Assembly (NCBI GenBank): GCA_964016885.1
Contig: OZ024740.1
Coordinates: forward strand, 67,642,001 to 67,706,000
Direction: 5' to 3'
Origin: Eledone cirrhosa
Taxonomy: Eukaryota
Length of the DNA stretch: 64,000 nt
Shown: positions 32,770-47,707 of the stretch, piece after piece
How positions within the stretch are numbered: the stretch's first letter is position 1
Layout: each line of letters begins with the position of its first letter
Translations under genes and position numbers: made by a program
Notes under the pieces: generated by a model
The model's input: only the letters and a program-made list of their open reading frames with translations
Told to the model about the DNA's origin: nothing
Databases searched by the model: none

Positions 32770-33160
32770 AGAGAAGTGCACGAAAGAGTGGAGATTCGGC
32801 TGCACTCGCAGAGAGAATGGTAAAGGCATTGCCACAGACAATAACCAGGGACACTCGCTGAAACAGGGCTCCTTCCTCAGACGGACAACTGTCATTCAGA
32901 TTTTACAAAGGAGCTCATCTGTACGGGGTCCGAGGATGCCTGAGGCCTCGATGATGATCAGTGCATAAAGAAAACAGCGGTATTTGCCGACCCTGGCAGT
33001 AGTAGTACAAACAAGAACAAGACTATAACGGCAGGCAACCTAACAGCAGATGCAGATAGATGGTTGACGCTTAGTTCCATGACGGCGCTCATCATAGACA
33101 TTTGGATGTAAACATTCCAGTTAGTAGCATCCCATGAATTTTCAACTAGGAAGAAATTCA
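32770..33160 (-). mobile_element. Old CRE-like non-LTR 3' fragment (restriction-like endonuclease region)
   Basis: Minus strand gives WDAT, IEASGILGP and LFQRVSLVIVCGNAFTILSA, matching 60380-61243. Confidence 0.7.
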
Positions 33161-33180
33161 GGATAGCATTATACAAACCT

Positions 33181-33346
33181 TCGGCAGTATCGGTAGAGTA
33201 CCAGACACTATGCTTTGCAGCATAGAGATATGATCCTTTACGTTCTGAGTTCAAATCCCGCTGAGATTAACTTTACCTTTCATCCTTACGGGTTCGATAA
33301 AATAGAGCACCAATAATGCGCCTTGTGACAAAAGTAGAAACAATTA
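33181..33346 (+). mobile_element. tRNA-derived SINE, internally deleted
   Basis: A and B boxes plus core. Confidence 0.88.
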
Positions 33347-34032
33347 TACAATTTTTCGATTTGTTTGAGTTTAGAGCGCGTAATTTTATTGATCTTCGGC
33401 TGGTGTTTGTAGCAAATCAAGCAGACGACAGCTTCGGACGCAGTGATAATTACACGCCAATTGTAGCAGTGGTAGTGAGACGGAGGCGAGGTGGCTGTTA
33501 TAGTAGTAGTAGTAGTAGTAGTAGTAGTAGCAGCAGCAGTAGTAGTAGTAGTAGCAGTAGTAGTAGTAGTAGTAGCAGCAGCAGCAGTGTCTTGTGTGAA
33601 ATGGAGATGGTTGTGGTAGGCGTGATGATGGCTAATTGTGACGTCCGGAGGAGGTGGCGCTGGATGATTATGAAGGATGATGTGATCGACAATAGAATCC
33701 ACTTCGCGTAGGCTCAACATACCTCCTAATGATTCAATGGATTCGCCTCAGGTTTATGTCACCCGTCGTGATATTTCGTTAAAACGGTTACGGCAAGTGC
33801 ATTTTTACCTCTTGGGCATTATTGATGAGAAGAAGAAGAAGAAGAAGAAGAAGAAAACCCACATGCAAAAATAGAGGGACACAGATAGATATGTAAATAC
33901 AATGGAAGGACGAAAGGATGTGTAGTTTGAGAATGAGATAGATACCAAGATTTGTGCTATTTAAAAGATGCAACACACAGACAAACTTATATTATACGTA
34001 TTTATATAGGTGTATGCGTTTACGTATGTATG

Positions 34033-34117
<85 letters not shown>

Positions 34118-34267
34118 GTGTGTGTATGTGTGGGGCGGGTTGCCACAAAGTTTGTCATGGCCTTGGACAATACTGAACGAAACCCATCGAAGTTACCGAA
34201 ATTAAATAAGTATATATATATCAGATGAAAAAACGGAATTAAAGACTTGCGTTAATTCCTGTAATTT

Positions 34268-34456
34268 AATTGTTTCTACTTTCGGCACAAGGCCAGCAAT
34301 TACCCTAGTGTATTACTGGTACTTTATTTTATCGAACCCGTAAGGATGAAAGGGAAAGTTAACCTCGGCGGGATTTGAACTCAGATCATAAAGGGCCGGA
34401 ACTCTTTGCTGCAAAGCATGGCGTCAGACCCTCTACTGGTGCTGCCAATCCACCAC
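34268..34456 (-). mobile_element. tRNA-derived SINE
   Basis: Same family as 9715-9904. Confidence 0.92.
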
Positions 34457-34567
34457 TGTAATATAATGAGCTCAAGGTTTAGGTACCGGGTTCTTCATAG
34501 TACATAGAAGAAAACACAAAAAGGGTATGTTTCAATTACGAGGGGTAGAGGAACACTAGAATGAAGA

Positions 34568-34624
<57 letters not shown>

Positions 34625-34756
34625 CAGATCAACAGATTACTCGATACTTAGGAGAGTAGAGTGTGACTATATTAGTAAAAGTACAGTATTCATCCGCACT
34701 GCACACGCATACAAACACACACTTATTTGTATGCATGTATATATATATAAATATAT

Positions 34757-34868
<112 letters not shown>

Positions 34869-34944
34869 GTTATAACTATTAAGCTCTTTTACCTACATAG
34901 AACACTCTTTTTTTCCTGGAGATTTCCGACGGAATTACTTCATT

Positions 34945-34985
<41 letters not shown>

Positions 34986-34991
34986 GCACAC

Positions 34992-35022
<31 letters not shown>

Positions 35023-35118
35023 CGATATTAATAAATGGATACTATATTGCTTCCAAAAATAATGGTTGTATTTTAAAAGGGTACGTCAAAGCTTATTTGT
35101 AAAACTGTTATATATTGT

Positions 35119-35180
35119 ATTTTGTCTGATGAAGGCATACCATAATTTAATTTGGTATCCCTGAAATATGATAATGAAAT
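35119..35180 (+). ncRNA. Type I HHR inside a small element with inverted termini (35019-35225)
   Basis: attttgt-CTGATGA-agg-c-atacca...tggtat-c-cct-GAAA-tatga-TA-atgaaat. Confidence 0.7.
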
Positions 35181-35376
35181 AAATATGGTTATATAAATAT
35201 AGTTTCCATTTATTAATATCGTATATCTACTCCAAATATTTGTTGAGTGCTTTATATCAGTTATAAAAATATTTACTTGTTGTATCCCAACAATTTTAAA
35301 TAGAACTTTTGCATATATATATATATATATATATACATCTGGTAGGTGGAAAAATTGCCGTACGTTGCTTATTACA

Positions 35377-35468
<92 letters not shown>

Positions 35469-35608
35469 GAACACTGAATATCCGTAGTGGTAGAGCACTC
35501 AGTCCATGGGACTAATTTGGCAGAAGTAGTAACACAACAGTTAGTTCACCATAGAGAGAACAATGGTTCTCGGTATGGTGAACTAACTGTTGTGTTCCTA
35601 CTTATATA

Positions 35609-35690
<82 letters not shown>

Positions 35691-36117
35691 TGTAATAAGC
35701 AACGTACGGCAATTTTTCCACCTACCAGATGTTTCAGGAAGACAAACGAGCCCAACGGAGACGTCTGAAATAGCTCTATAGTATACCTAGAGCACTCTCC
35801 TTTCCTTTACCCTTCCTACGGAAACACTTCATATATATATGTATATATATATATATTTATATAGAGAGAGATATTGTGTCTGAGCGTGTATGTGTGCGTG
35901 AGAGTACATGCCTTAACGATTAGGGGAATGCGAAAGACACTTTTTGTGCAACTTTGTTAAACTCTGTGTCACATGGAAACCTTAGAACTACGTTAAGAGT
36001 ATACAGGCCTGTGGAATACTCAGCCACTTGCTGGGTAATTTCACAAGCAGATTCTCCCCGCTGATCAAATCAACTCGGTGCTCAAAATCGGAAACGATGG
36101 ATGGCCAACGTATATAC

Positions 36118-36170
<53 letters not shown>

Positions 36171-36514
36171 TATATGCATAGTATATTTGGTAATATACTG
36201 TATGTTTAATTAAAAACATTTTGAAGACCTTGCGCTATTATTTTAAAGTAGTGACTATGTCACTTACTTCTTTTTTCAGCAAAGGAAGGGAGAGAAGCTG
36301 ACAGATCAGTTTCACACTGCTGATGTTCCTCAGAGCAACGTACTCGCCAACCTCTGCCGAAAATTATAGAGGCTGGATTCTTATAGAATTCCAGTATAAT
36401 CAGTTCTTGATAATAATAGTATTCGATTCGTTTGCAATAGTGCAAACAAGCCTCATTTTAATTCGAAAAATTCAGATTACATTTATTGTATTCAGTCATG
36501 CAGAGCGAAATTTA

Positions 36515-36551
<37 letters not shown>

Positions 36552-36573
36552 ATATACACACACACTCCCACGC

Positions 36574-36696
<123 letters not shown>

Positions 36697-36939
36697 AACA
36701 TATATATAACATCCATAATCCATAAATGCAAGTACTTCTAGGCACATACACAAATTAAATATAAACACATACTAAAAGACAAGAGCGCAAAGATCCCAGG
36801 AACACTATGAGAATCACACAGTTTTGTCTACGGTCAATTATATTTTACATAAATCATTATCTCATTATTAAACATAACGGATTGTGGCCTTGTGAAACAT
36901 TATATAAGGAAACTATTGTTAAATATAACGAATATGCTT

Positions 36940-37113
36940 CACGGCTTCGGAGTTACTGACCTTTATGTTTTGAGTTCAAATCCTGCCGATGTTAACTTCG
37001 CCTTTCATCATTACAGGGTGGATAAAATAAAGTACCATAGCTCACTGGGGTCGAATTAATCGACTTTGACATCCCCCAAAATTGTTGGCCTTGTGCCTAA
37101 AGCAGAAACCATT
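36940..37113 (+). mobile_element. SINE, older and longer subfamily, 5'-decayed
   Basis: B box, core and tail, plus an extra ggggtcgaattaatcgac segment. Confidence 0.8.
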
Positions 37114-37158
37114 ATTAAACATACCGAAGAATGCGTAGGCCTGTTTAAGGAAAGAACC

Positions 37159-37208
<50 letters not shown>

Positions 37209-37818
37209 ACAACAGCAGCAGCAGCAGTAGCAGTATTAGCAGTAGTAGTGAAGGTGGTAATGGTGTTCTTGGAATTTCTTTGTATTGTTCATGCGTATTT
37301 ATTTTTTTATTTTTTTTATTTCTCGTCTATTATTATTATCATTGTCTTATATATTTATTCCTTTATTATTTATTCACAGTGGTTTTTGTCGCTGTTTTTC
37401 TTGTTGCTGTCGTTTTTGGCGTTTTCCTTCTGACTTAAATAATTAAACAAATATGGCATTAACCAAAGGGAATCTGTGGATATATTAAGAATGGCACTGG
37501 CAGTGTAGCATAGAATAATGAATTGAGATGCGTGCGCGTGGTTGTCTTTATGTTTGTGCGTGTGCTGTGTATGAGTTTGTGTATTTAGGCCTGTTATTGT
37601 GAACGTATAGATGTATATATGCGTTTATATATGCGTTTATGTTTATATATGCATATATATACTAACATACATATATACACACACAAACATATGTATAGAC
37701 ACAAACACACACTACGCACACACACACATATATCAATATATATATTGATATATGTGTGTGTGTGCGTAGTGCGTGTTTGTGTCTATACATACGTTTGTGT
37801 GTGTATATATGTATGTTA

Positions 37819-37868
<50 letters not shown>

Positions 37869-37937
37869 TAACATGCATATATACGCACACAAACATGTAT
37901 AGACACAAACACATACTACGCACACACACACATATAT

Positions 37938-38050
<113 letters not shown>

Positions 38051-39372
38051 CGTATGATGAGAATTTTGTTTGCATGAATGTACATAGGTACTGTACTTAT
38101 ATAAGTCTGCCATGTTTGCTTTCTTTTCTAATTATATACAGCTATATAAATATGCATTTGTCGTGTTTTTATATGTATGTCTTTTCAGTTGGTTAACAAA
38201 ATTCGACCATATATTTCACTACAAGTGCAGGGCATTATATTCTTCATATAAATATATACATAGAAAAAGATATGAATAATGTGTCTGCACTTTCAAATCA
38301 TAAATACGTTGGACCCCCAACTCACACGGGTTTAAACAGAATTGATTTGAATATGCGCATTCGAGAATTCTTTTAAAAAAACCGTGAAAAGCTTAATGTC
38401 CCGTTCCACAATAAACTGCGAGTACATCGTTAAATAAATTTAATTACATAGATTCTTATGTCTGTAAAATCTATAGAATTGTTGGTGAGTAAATCATGAT
38501 ATTCTCCTTATTGTCGAGTGAGAGTATAATTATGAGGTTAGCAAAGAAAATAAGAATACACCAATGTATAGGCTTTAGGAAATATTGTGAAATATTAAAT
38601 CCTTGAGAATAAAGGATGTATAGTGTATGCAATGAAATGGGAATATCATTCTGCTGAAATATTCACATGATCTTTAACTTCAATTTAATGTCATACAAAG
38701 AAATACTTAAAGGTTTGGTTCAAAGCATGTTTTTTTTTTCCAATTTATATTATGTGACATGTAATAGCTAGGTAGATGTTTTACCCAAAACGTGTTCTAC
38801 CACTGGCATGAAGAAACAATATACAAGATTTTGGAAGAATATAATATGGTGGCGGAACTTGTTATTGCATAGATTCAATGTATACAATGAAGATGAAGAG
38901 AAGTTCATGATTTACTGTGCAAATCAGGGGTCGGGAACCTTTTACATCTGAAACAGATAAAATAATAAGTGAGATTGTCTGAGCTGCTCCAATATAATGT
39001 GTACAACTATACAAAGAAGAAAACACAAATTTAGTTAACTAATTCCTTACTCGATATGCATTTTGTGTTTGCATCGTATCTGAAATTGCTTAGCTGCCCA
39101 GCTCTTGATAATGCTTATATATATATATATATAAAAACGGAGCAGCATCACGTTGAATGCTGTTGTCATGTCTTAGAAGAATTTTTCAAGTGGTGGCCAG
39201 CTTTTAATATATTATGACAAATCAATCAGTATTAGCTTGTTAAGCTTCAAACAACTACCATCAATAAATTGCTACGTTTTGTTAGTGACATTGTTAGAAA
39301 CTAAACCCTACACATCTTTAGATGATTAGAAGTTATTCCTAGGTACTCTGTTCTTTTTATTGTTTTAAAATA

Positions 39373-39519
<147 letters not shown>

Positions 39520-39677
39520 CCCCGGAACTGCTCAACAAAGCATTATCCCTAGCAACCAGCAACTCTGACATAACCAATAATGAGATTAACATCATACTCA
39601 TGGCTAGGCAGACTATCAGTTAATTCAACGGAGCACACTGGGCTAGAAAAGATAGAACAGATAACTTTGACATTACG

Positions 39678-41225
39678 ATGGGCTCAAGCGACTCCGCTCA
39701 AGTCACCGATTTAGTTGGGATTTACCTATTACGTAACATCAGAGCCGAAATCCAACCCATGCAAGGTGGATTTTACAGGGACGACGCCCTATTTGCAGTC
39801 CACAATTGCGCTAATCGGGGAATCGATTTGCTTAAGAAACAATTTCATAGATTCTTCAAAAATAACGGTCTCTCTATCACCATCGAGCTGAATCATAAAG
39901 TAGTAAACTTCCTAGACGTCACTCTTGATCTCAACAATAACCTTTATAACCATTACCATAAACCAGGCGAAATACTCACATATATTAGCCCACACTCTAA
40001 CCACCCACCGGCAGTCATCAGAGCAGTAATCAAATCTATCTCCTATAGGATCTCAATGCTATCAGCAAATGAAGAGATATTTATAAACCACACACAACAT
40101 TATAATAAGGTTCTCTCTAAATCTGGATATAAACAATCAATTTATTACATATCAAAATGCCATAACACAGCAACGCACCATAATAAACTTAACACTAGAA
40201 ATAGTAATACCTTAGCATATAGCCAGATTCGCCGGAATTTTAGCAGTAACAGCACCTATACAGGGAACTTTAATGGTGGCAGCGGCCTGCTCCCCGCTCC
40301 TAGTAGCAAACTAAGAATCAACCCTAGAATAGGAATGAGAAATGGGGTGACAAATCACAAACCCCCAGGTAATAATAACCCTAGGAAGGCCCCTACCAAC
40401 TCCACTAGAACCCCTAGAAAGAATAGGCCTAGAAATATCACCTGGCTTAACCCACCATTCTCATCTAATCTAGCCACTAATATCCCCAATCGCTTCTTCT
40501 CTATCCTATCCAAACACTTCCCCCCTAACCATAGATATTACAAACTCTTTAATAAAAACAACATCAAAATCTCATTCTCCACTACACCTAACCTAGCTAG
40601 CCACATCGCATTCAGTAACCATCATAAGCTAAGACACTATAAGTCCCACACCGCGGTACCACCACCCCTGTCAAATACACCACGCCACTACACCAATAAT
40701 TACTCTAGTAGCACACTTCCCCCATCTAATCCTTATAGCACGGACCAACTGCTTAGGTTAAATAACCCTACTCTCACTAACCGCAGGAACAACTGCAACT
40801 GCCGCTACCCCAATGCATGCCCATTAAATGGACACTGCCTGACACCCAACATAGTCTATAGGTGCACTGTTGAGACTGCTTCGAATACCAGCTCTTACAT
40901 CGGGTCTACCTCTAACCCTTTTAAGGTACGCTATAACGCGCACTCTTTTTCCTTCCGAGACCCTAGCAACAGATGTTCGACATCGCTAGCTAGGCTCATT
41001 AAAAACCTTAAATTAAACAAAGTTCAACACTCACTAAAATGGGATATCGTAGCTAGGGCACAACCGTTCAATGGACGAAGGAAATCTTGTGATCTCTATG
41101 TTACGGAGGTGTATTACATAACTCTATCAAGACCTCTACCAATTAACGATAGAACGGAGGTAACCATTAGCTGTCAACATCTAAGGGCTAATTCCTTCGC
41201 CAATAGAGTTTTTGACCCAACTTAG
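39678..41225 (+). CDS. PLE RT (C-terminal half) + linker + GIY-YIG endonuclease, 515-aa open frame of a truncated element
   Basis: MGSSDSAQVTDLVG, FYRDD, NFLD, SNHPP, WLNPPFS, CNCRYPNACPLNGHC, IVY..YIGST..FKVRY..H; one stop just upstream of the Met. Confidence 0.9.
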   Translation: MGSSDSAQVTDLVGIYLLRNIRAEIQPMQGGFYRDDALFAVHNCANRGIDLLKKQFHRFFKNNGLSITIELNHKVVNFLDVTLDLNNNLYNHYHKPGEILTYISPHSNHPPAVIRAVIKSISYRISMLSANEEIFINHTQHYNKVLSKSGYKQSIYYISKCHNTATHHNKLNTRNSNTLAYSQIRRNFSSNSTYTGNFNGGSGLLPAPSSKLRINPRIGMRNGVTNHKPPGNNNPRKAPTNSTRTPRKNRPRNITWLNPPFSSNLATNIPNRFFSILSKHFPPNHRYYKLFNKNNIKISFSTTPNLASHIAFSNHHKLRHYKSHTAVPPPLSNTPRHYTNNYSSSTLPPSNPYSTDQLLRLNNPTLTNRRNNCNCRYPNACPLNGHCLTPNIVYRCTVETASNTSSYIGSTSNPFKVRYNAHSFSFRDPSNRCSTSLARLIKNLKLNKVQHSLKWDIVARAQPFNGRRKSCDLYVTEVYYITLSRPLPINDRTEVTISCQHLRANSFANRVFDPT

Positions 41226-41590
41226 TCATGTAGCCCCATCTCTAATTGTAGCTAATAAGTTAAATTGCTATGAACAACTCGATACTTATAAGTTACCTCC
41301 CCTACATTGTCTCTCAATTAAATCATTTAAATACTAGGACTTAACTATAAAATACACACAATCTCTAATCTCTCGAGAAGTTACTTCCCATGAAACCACC
41401 CTCTAATTAGTAAGGTAAATATGCCCTTTGGCAGCCATCTTGTTACCCTTAGGCAGATCTCACACAATGCAGCCTCGGCAGAGGAGTACTGCTTGATTAT
41501 GGTTGACAGCTGATGAAACAAAGGCAGCATAGTAAAAACTAATATATGGAACATTATATTATGTAACATTATTTTAATTTATATTCCTTT

Positions 41591-41717
41591 GAGTTCCGGT
41601 GAGCCACTCTGTTTTTTGAAATATGTTAATTATTTTCAACTGAACCAGATCAATTATGATAACATAGTCATCTGACCCAGAAATATTATACGGAGTAGCG
41701 AAACAATTGTAAATGGG
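41591..41717 (+). ncRNA. Decayed HHR with a ~77-nt loop 2 at the Naiad 3' end
   Basis: CCGGTGA-gccactctgt...acggagtagc-GAAA-caattg-TA; 9 of 10 stem II pairs. Confidence 0.6.
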
Positions 41718-41730
41718 TATTATTATTACT

Positions 41731-41925
41731 AGGGCGGTGGATTGGCAGTATCGGTAGAAGGTCGGACGCCATGCTTTCCAGCATAGTTACGTCCCTTTAC
41801 GATCTGAGTTCAAATCCCGCCGAGGTTGACTTTGCCTTTCATCCTTACGGGGTCGATAAAATAAAGTACCAGTAATGCACTGGGTAATTTGCTGGCCTTG
41901 TGCCTAAAGTAGAAACAATTATTAT
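41731..41925 (+). mobile_element. tRNA-derived SINE, full length
   Basis: A and B boxes, core, ATT-repeat tail. Confidence 0.93.
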
Positions 41926-42031
41926 TAATATTATTATTATTCTCTACATTCCTTACATCAAACTAAATATGTTGACAATCTTTAAATAATGTATTCCTTG
42001 TGAAATTCGTGGTCTTGTTTTGCTTAAGTAA

Positions 42032-42094
<63 letters not shown>

Positions 42095-42099
<5 letters not shown>

Positions 42100-42936
42100 T
42101 AAAATAATGAATAAACAAAGAAACAGTTCCTTATATTAAAAAAATTCATCATTTTACGATCGTTTCTAGGAGATATATATGTGTTAGAGTTGGTATGCAT
42201 ATTCTATAGATCTATGTACAATATTTATACAAACTATCAGAGGGAATATGCATACCTACACATATATATGCTGTCTTCAGAAATAATGATATTGGTTTAT
42301 TGAAAAAAACAAAGATTCAATACAATAGGTCTGTTTGGGAACAGGTTTTGAATTGACTAATAGAGAGATAGTGAGGGTCAGGATAGTAATATAGTAGTAG
42401 AAGAACCTTAAGTTATGGGTAGAGGAAGGTAGATTTCAGTTTTGGATGGAAAAGAATATTATGAATGAAGGATTATTTTTGGGAAGAAATAGGTCTTATG
42501 CTGACCTCAGAAATAATTTTATTTGTTCATTGAATAAAACCAACAAAGATCTAATATATTCTGTCTGTATGGTAAGAGGTTTAGAATTAACCAATAGAAA
42601 GTTAATAATTGGCCAAATGGTAAAATAGTAGTAATTGAAGCTAATTTTAGGGGTGAAACTAGGTCAAGTGGTCAGTAAAAGGTATACAAGCAGTTGCTGT
42701 TATAAAATAGTAATGCCAATACAAATATCTAAGGTGACTAAAGTTTTAAGATAAGAATGTTAGTGAAAAAAATACATCTATGAAAAGAATATAAATTAAT
42801 TTACTTGATAGGTATAATTTATATTGATAAAATTATACTAATACATATAGATATGATAAATAAGAGTTAGATGCAGTTGAAAAGTGCTATTAAAGATGAG
42901 GGGAGATTAAAAGAATATAGAAATAATATATATATA

Positions 42937-43018
<82 letters not shown>

Positions 43019-43031
43019 CACATACACACAT

Positions 43032-43069
<38 letters not shown>

Positions 43070-43119
43070 TTACATATACATATACATATGTATACACATA
43101 CACACACACATACACACAC

Positions 43120-43158
<39 letters not shown>

Positions 43159-43985
43159 TACATATATATATATATATACACACAGATATATACATGCATA
43201 TATACATACATACACATACACATACACACACATATACACTTATATATACATATAATTATTGGGGGGGGGGATTACATTTATTAGTGAGAAATAGTAAATA
43301 TATATAGTTTTCAAGGAATATAGAGTCATAACCTGAAGTTAAAGCATTATATATGTTTACTTAATGGTATCAGTTTTAGGAAATGATATTTGTAAGAAGG
43401 AAAGCAAAATTATGTAGTTCATCAGTAGTAGAATATTAATTATAGGTTAACTAAATTAAAAATAGTTTATATATTAATTTCTAAAGTGTATATTAATTAG
43501 GTTTATAATTTTTAAAGCAGAATTATGTAGTTCATCAGTAGTAGAATATTAATTATAGGTTAACTAAATTAAAAATAATTTATATATCAATTTATAAAGT
43601 GTATATTAATTAGGTTTATAATATTTAAAAGTTTTTCTCAGTTTATGATTACACAATATTATTAATTCCTGTCGCTTATTTAATAGGATATCCTTAGATT
43701 TCATTATTTCAAAAAGTTCTTGGGAACATAATCTACATTCATTTCTACTATTTTGATAAGGGGTGGCCCTTTTGAGCACACTGCAGGTCAGGTCATATTC
43801 TATATTCCTCTTTCTATAACTATTTATTATTTCAGCTAGAGATGTTGTATTAGCTAGTGCGGCATTTTTAAAACTATGTTTGTGGGTATTAAATCTTACC
43901 TTAAATTTGTTAGAGGTAGCTCCTATATATGAATAAATTGAGTCCTTAGTGTTAACTTTACATTTATATACTATGTTATTAACAA
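42095..43985 (-). mobile_element. 5'-truncated Naiad-type PLE (GIY-YIG plus 3' region), tail-to-tail with 39519-41720
   Basis: 43606-43985: [36 protein letters not shown]; terminal HHR; end homologous to 16991-17062; ~112-bp direct repeat at 43409-43622. Confidence 0.88.
42151..42284 (-). ncRNA. Type I HHR with very long stem II
   Basis: attt-CTGAAGA...GAAA-cgatcg-TA-aaat; the insert pairs atatatatgtg/cacatatatat and ggtatgcatattc/gaatatgcatacc. Confidence 0.72.
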
Positions 43986-44120
43986 GAAAGAAGAATACTG
44001 CGTGGTTTGCACATGGGTTACACATATATATATATATATATATGTGTAACCCATGTGCAAACCACGCAGTATTCTTCTTTCTTCTTATGTTTTTTATATA
44101 TATATATATATATGTATATA

Positions 44121-44175
<55 letters not shown>

Positions 44176-44182
44176 TATACAG

Positions 44183-44286
<104 letters not shown>

Positions 44287-45288
44287 TATTTTAAAACAAT
44301 AAAACGATCAGAGTACCTAGGAATAACTTCCAATCATCTAAAGATGTGTAGGGTTTAACTTCTAACAATGACACTAATAAAACGTAGCAATTTATTGATG
44401 GTAGTTGTTTGAACCTTAACAAGCTAATACTGATTGATTTGTCATAATATATTAAAAGGTGGCCACCACTTGAAAAATTCTTCTAAGAAATGACAACAGC
44501 ATTCAACGTGATGCTGCTCCGTTTTTAGATATCACAGTAGTTTCGAACTAAAGAAAGTGGAGTAATAATCCGAGAATTGTATGGGAAGATTATGCTATAA
44601 ACTCGAGGCTGACGGATTGTTCATTGCATCAAAGGATCATATCATTTTTACAAGTAAAAATAAAACTTTATGGAGACACAGTTAATTACATTCCCTTACA
44701 TGCCACTCTACTCCAAGAAATGTTACACCGATGTTTAAAAGATAGTTGGGATTTTCATATATTAAATGATCTGCCAACAATATAAAATACAAACAGAAAA
44801 TAGTATATGCATACATCAGATATTACAAAGAATATCATAGCAACCATACTTTGGAATACATCAGTCCACACATAGATTAGGATCAAAGTTAATTGGCCAA
44901 ATATAATTTTAAAGGGCAGCCAAAAAAGGAAAGCACTTCCTGATCAAAGTGCCAGTTCAAGGAAACGATAATATATGTCTGAAAGAAATGGAAAAAAATC
45001 ATCCAACTTTAAAGATCAATAAGCTATAATATCCAGAAAGTAGAGATTGAAAACGGAAACAATCACTATAAGTGTAGGGGATCATTGGAAATGATTTTAA
45101 ATATGCAGACGAATACATAACATGAATTCCAAGACTTGTTTATGCTCGGCTTATAGAAAACAACACTGTAGAGATGTTATGTAAAGAAATTTCAATACAA
45201 CCAGTGATACAACAAAACCAGTAACAAAATACTACATAAAAATGCGAAGAAAACTGCCAGCTCGGTGCTGTCCAAGTTTTTGACTCAT

Positions 45289-45331
<43 letters not shown>

Positions 45332-45332
45332 A

Positions 45333-45364
<32 letters not shown>

Positions 45365-45655
45365 CTCTGTGAGGATGAGTAAATGGGAGAGATAGAGCAA
45401 CTTAGCAAGATAATAAAACACGAAGTATACGGTTACACTATTCAATACATTGAAATACATATACAGTATATATATTTGAATTATTTTCCCACATCTTACG
45501 TTAACTATTTTTCCATTTTGCCGTTATAGTCACTATATATTATGAAATACTGTTGGTTTCACGTTCACATCAATTTCTATACATTCATTTATATACAGTA
45601 TATATATATATATATATACATGCATATATATACATATATATATATATATACATGC

Positions 45656-45721
<66 letters not shown>

Positions 45722-45973
45722 TATATAGTATATATATACATATACACGAGTGTGTATGCGTGTGTGAGTTTAATGGTGGTATGTGTTCTAATCACATGTG
45801 ACACATTGCTTACTTCTTTACACCTCATGTAGTCAAGTGATACAATCAAACGTAGATTCGAAAGGACAGAACGACTACGTGTGCTATATAATTGATTCTC
45901 CTTTTCTCCTCCTACTCCTCCTTGCAGAACTAACCCCCTACGGGGAAATCCATTAGTCAAGGCTAAATAATAA

Positions 45974-46005
<32 letters not shown>

Positions 46006-46110
46006 GTAGTAGTAGTAGTAGTAGTAGTAGGAGGAGTAGTAGTAACAATAATGATGATGAAGTTGTGTACTCTGTTTATGAATGTGTGTATGCATCTATA
46101 TCCATCTACC

Positions 46111-46186
<76 letters not shown>

Positions 46187-47143
46187 GTGTTGGAGGGGTA
46201 CGTTTCTTATGCAATGTTGAAGTTATGAATTATGTTTGTATGCATGTCTGTATGTATATGTCTATATATCTATATTTATATTTATGCATGTATATATAAA
46301 CATTTGCATATATGTGTATAAGATATCCATATGTGGTTGGTGGTTCACATTGAATAGGTTAACACTCATTATTTTCGAAATTGTGGTTAATAATTTCAAT
46401 TACAATTCCATTTTGTATTATAAGGTGAATATACAATTTGCTGCAATGAATATATTTGGCTTTCAGAGTTGCTAAATACATATAAAAATATTCCATGAAT
46501 TAAATAACATTTCAGATATAATTCAGTTTGTATTAGTTGACAGTTATCGCAAATAATATTTTCCGATTGGAAATGTCAATTCATCGTTAAAATAAGGAAC
46601 ATTTAAATATTTTACTATGCAGCAATATGTTTAATTTGTTATCGTTATAAACGCAACTTATAGACGCAACTCATTTTTTTTCTTTTAGCTGAGTGGATTG
46701 TAGCTATATGAAATTAACTGTTTTGCTCGAGGTCATAACGTGCTGCCGCGAATCGAACTCACGACATTACGCTAGTGGCGGAATAATATGAACACTAAGC
46801 CACGCGACTTTGCAATCTCAATACATATTTTAAAAAATAAAACTTTAAGAAAGTTGATGATGATGTGACTTAGCACTCTAAGTCAGTGTACCGTAGATAA
46901 AAAACATATATGCGATTTCATGATTGTCTTTTGGGTTTCGTGATTCGAAAATGATGTTTTTTTTTCCCTGTGAGAGTTATGCTTTGTATGTAGTGGAATG
47001 TCATCTACTGGCAATGCTTTTCTTTTTATGGACTCTTTTTTTCATGTATTCTCTGAAATGACAGAATAACTTTTTTTTTTATTACACATTTAAATCTTGT
47101 TTCGTCTTGTCTAGTTTTGTATTTTGATTCTTGTTCCTTTGTT

Positions 47144-47197
<54 letters not shown>

Positions 47198-47263
47198 AAC
47201 AAGTATCAAAATATAAAACTAGACAAGACGAAACATATGCTTACATGCATGTATGTATATTCG

Positions 47264-47321
<58 letters not shown>

Positions 47322-47707
47322 TATAAATGCATGCATACATATATGCACGCATACATACATACGAATATACATACATGCATGTAAGCACATGTGTTTCAGA
47401 ATTGAGCGGTCGTTGAAAGTTTGAAGGTAGAACTATAATCTTTCGGTATTTTGACTCCAGAAAGTTGGCCGGTGAAATAACTCCCCCATAACGGACAAAA
47501 TGGGCATCAGCTCGCGTGCAAATCGAACACAACCCTCTTATTTTCCTGATAAGTGTAGTCGCCAATTACATCAACTCACCAACACATATGTTATGAGCAC
47601 AGACATGCGTATATTAAGGATGGTAGTTTTATTTCAGAATATTCTAAAGTAGCTGCGAAAATTGTCACTTCTAAATTGGCCATATTATATAATATGACCA
47701 CCAATAT

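Noticed and set aside
33286-33720. Poly-Ser/Thr ORFs
   Set aside because: Driven by (TAG)n/(CAG)n trinucleotide repeats and an overlapping SINE
38926-39110. hAT-like terminus caggggtcgggaacc
   Set aside because: No convincing partner TIR or target-site duplication
41731-41825. tRNA gene
   Set aside because: A and B boxes belong to a SINE head with no cloverleaf, followed by the SINE core and tail
43409-43622. CTGATGA on the minus strand in the 112-bp repeat after the Naiad stop codon
   Set aside because: No stem II or GAAA follows; not an HHR or a credible SECIS
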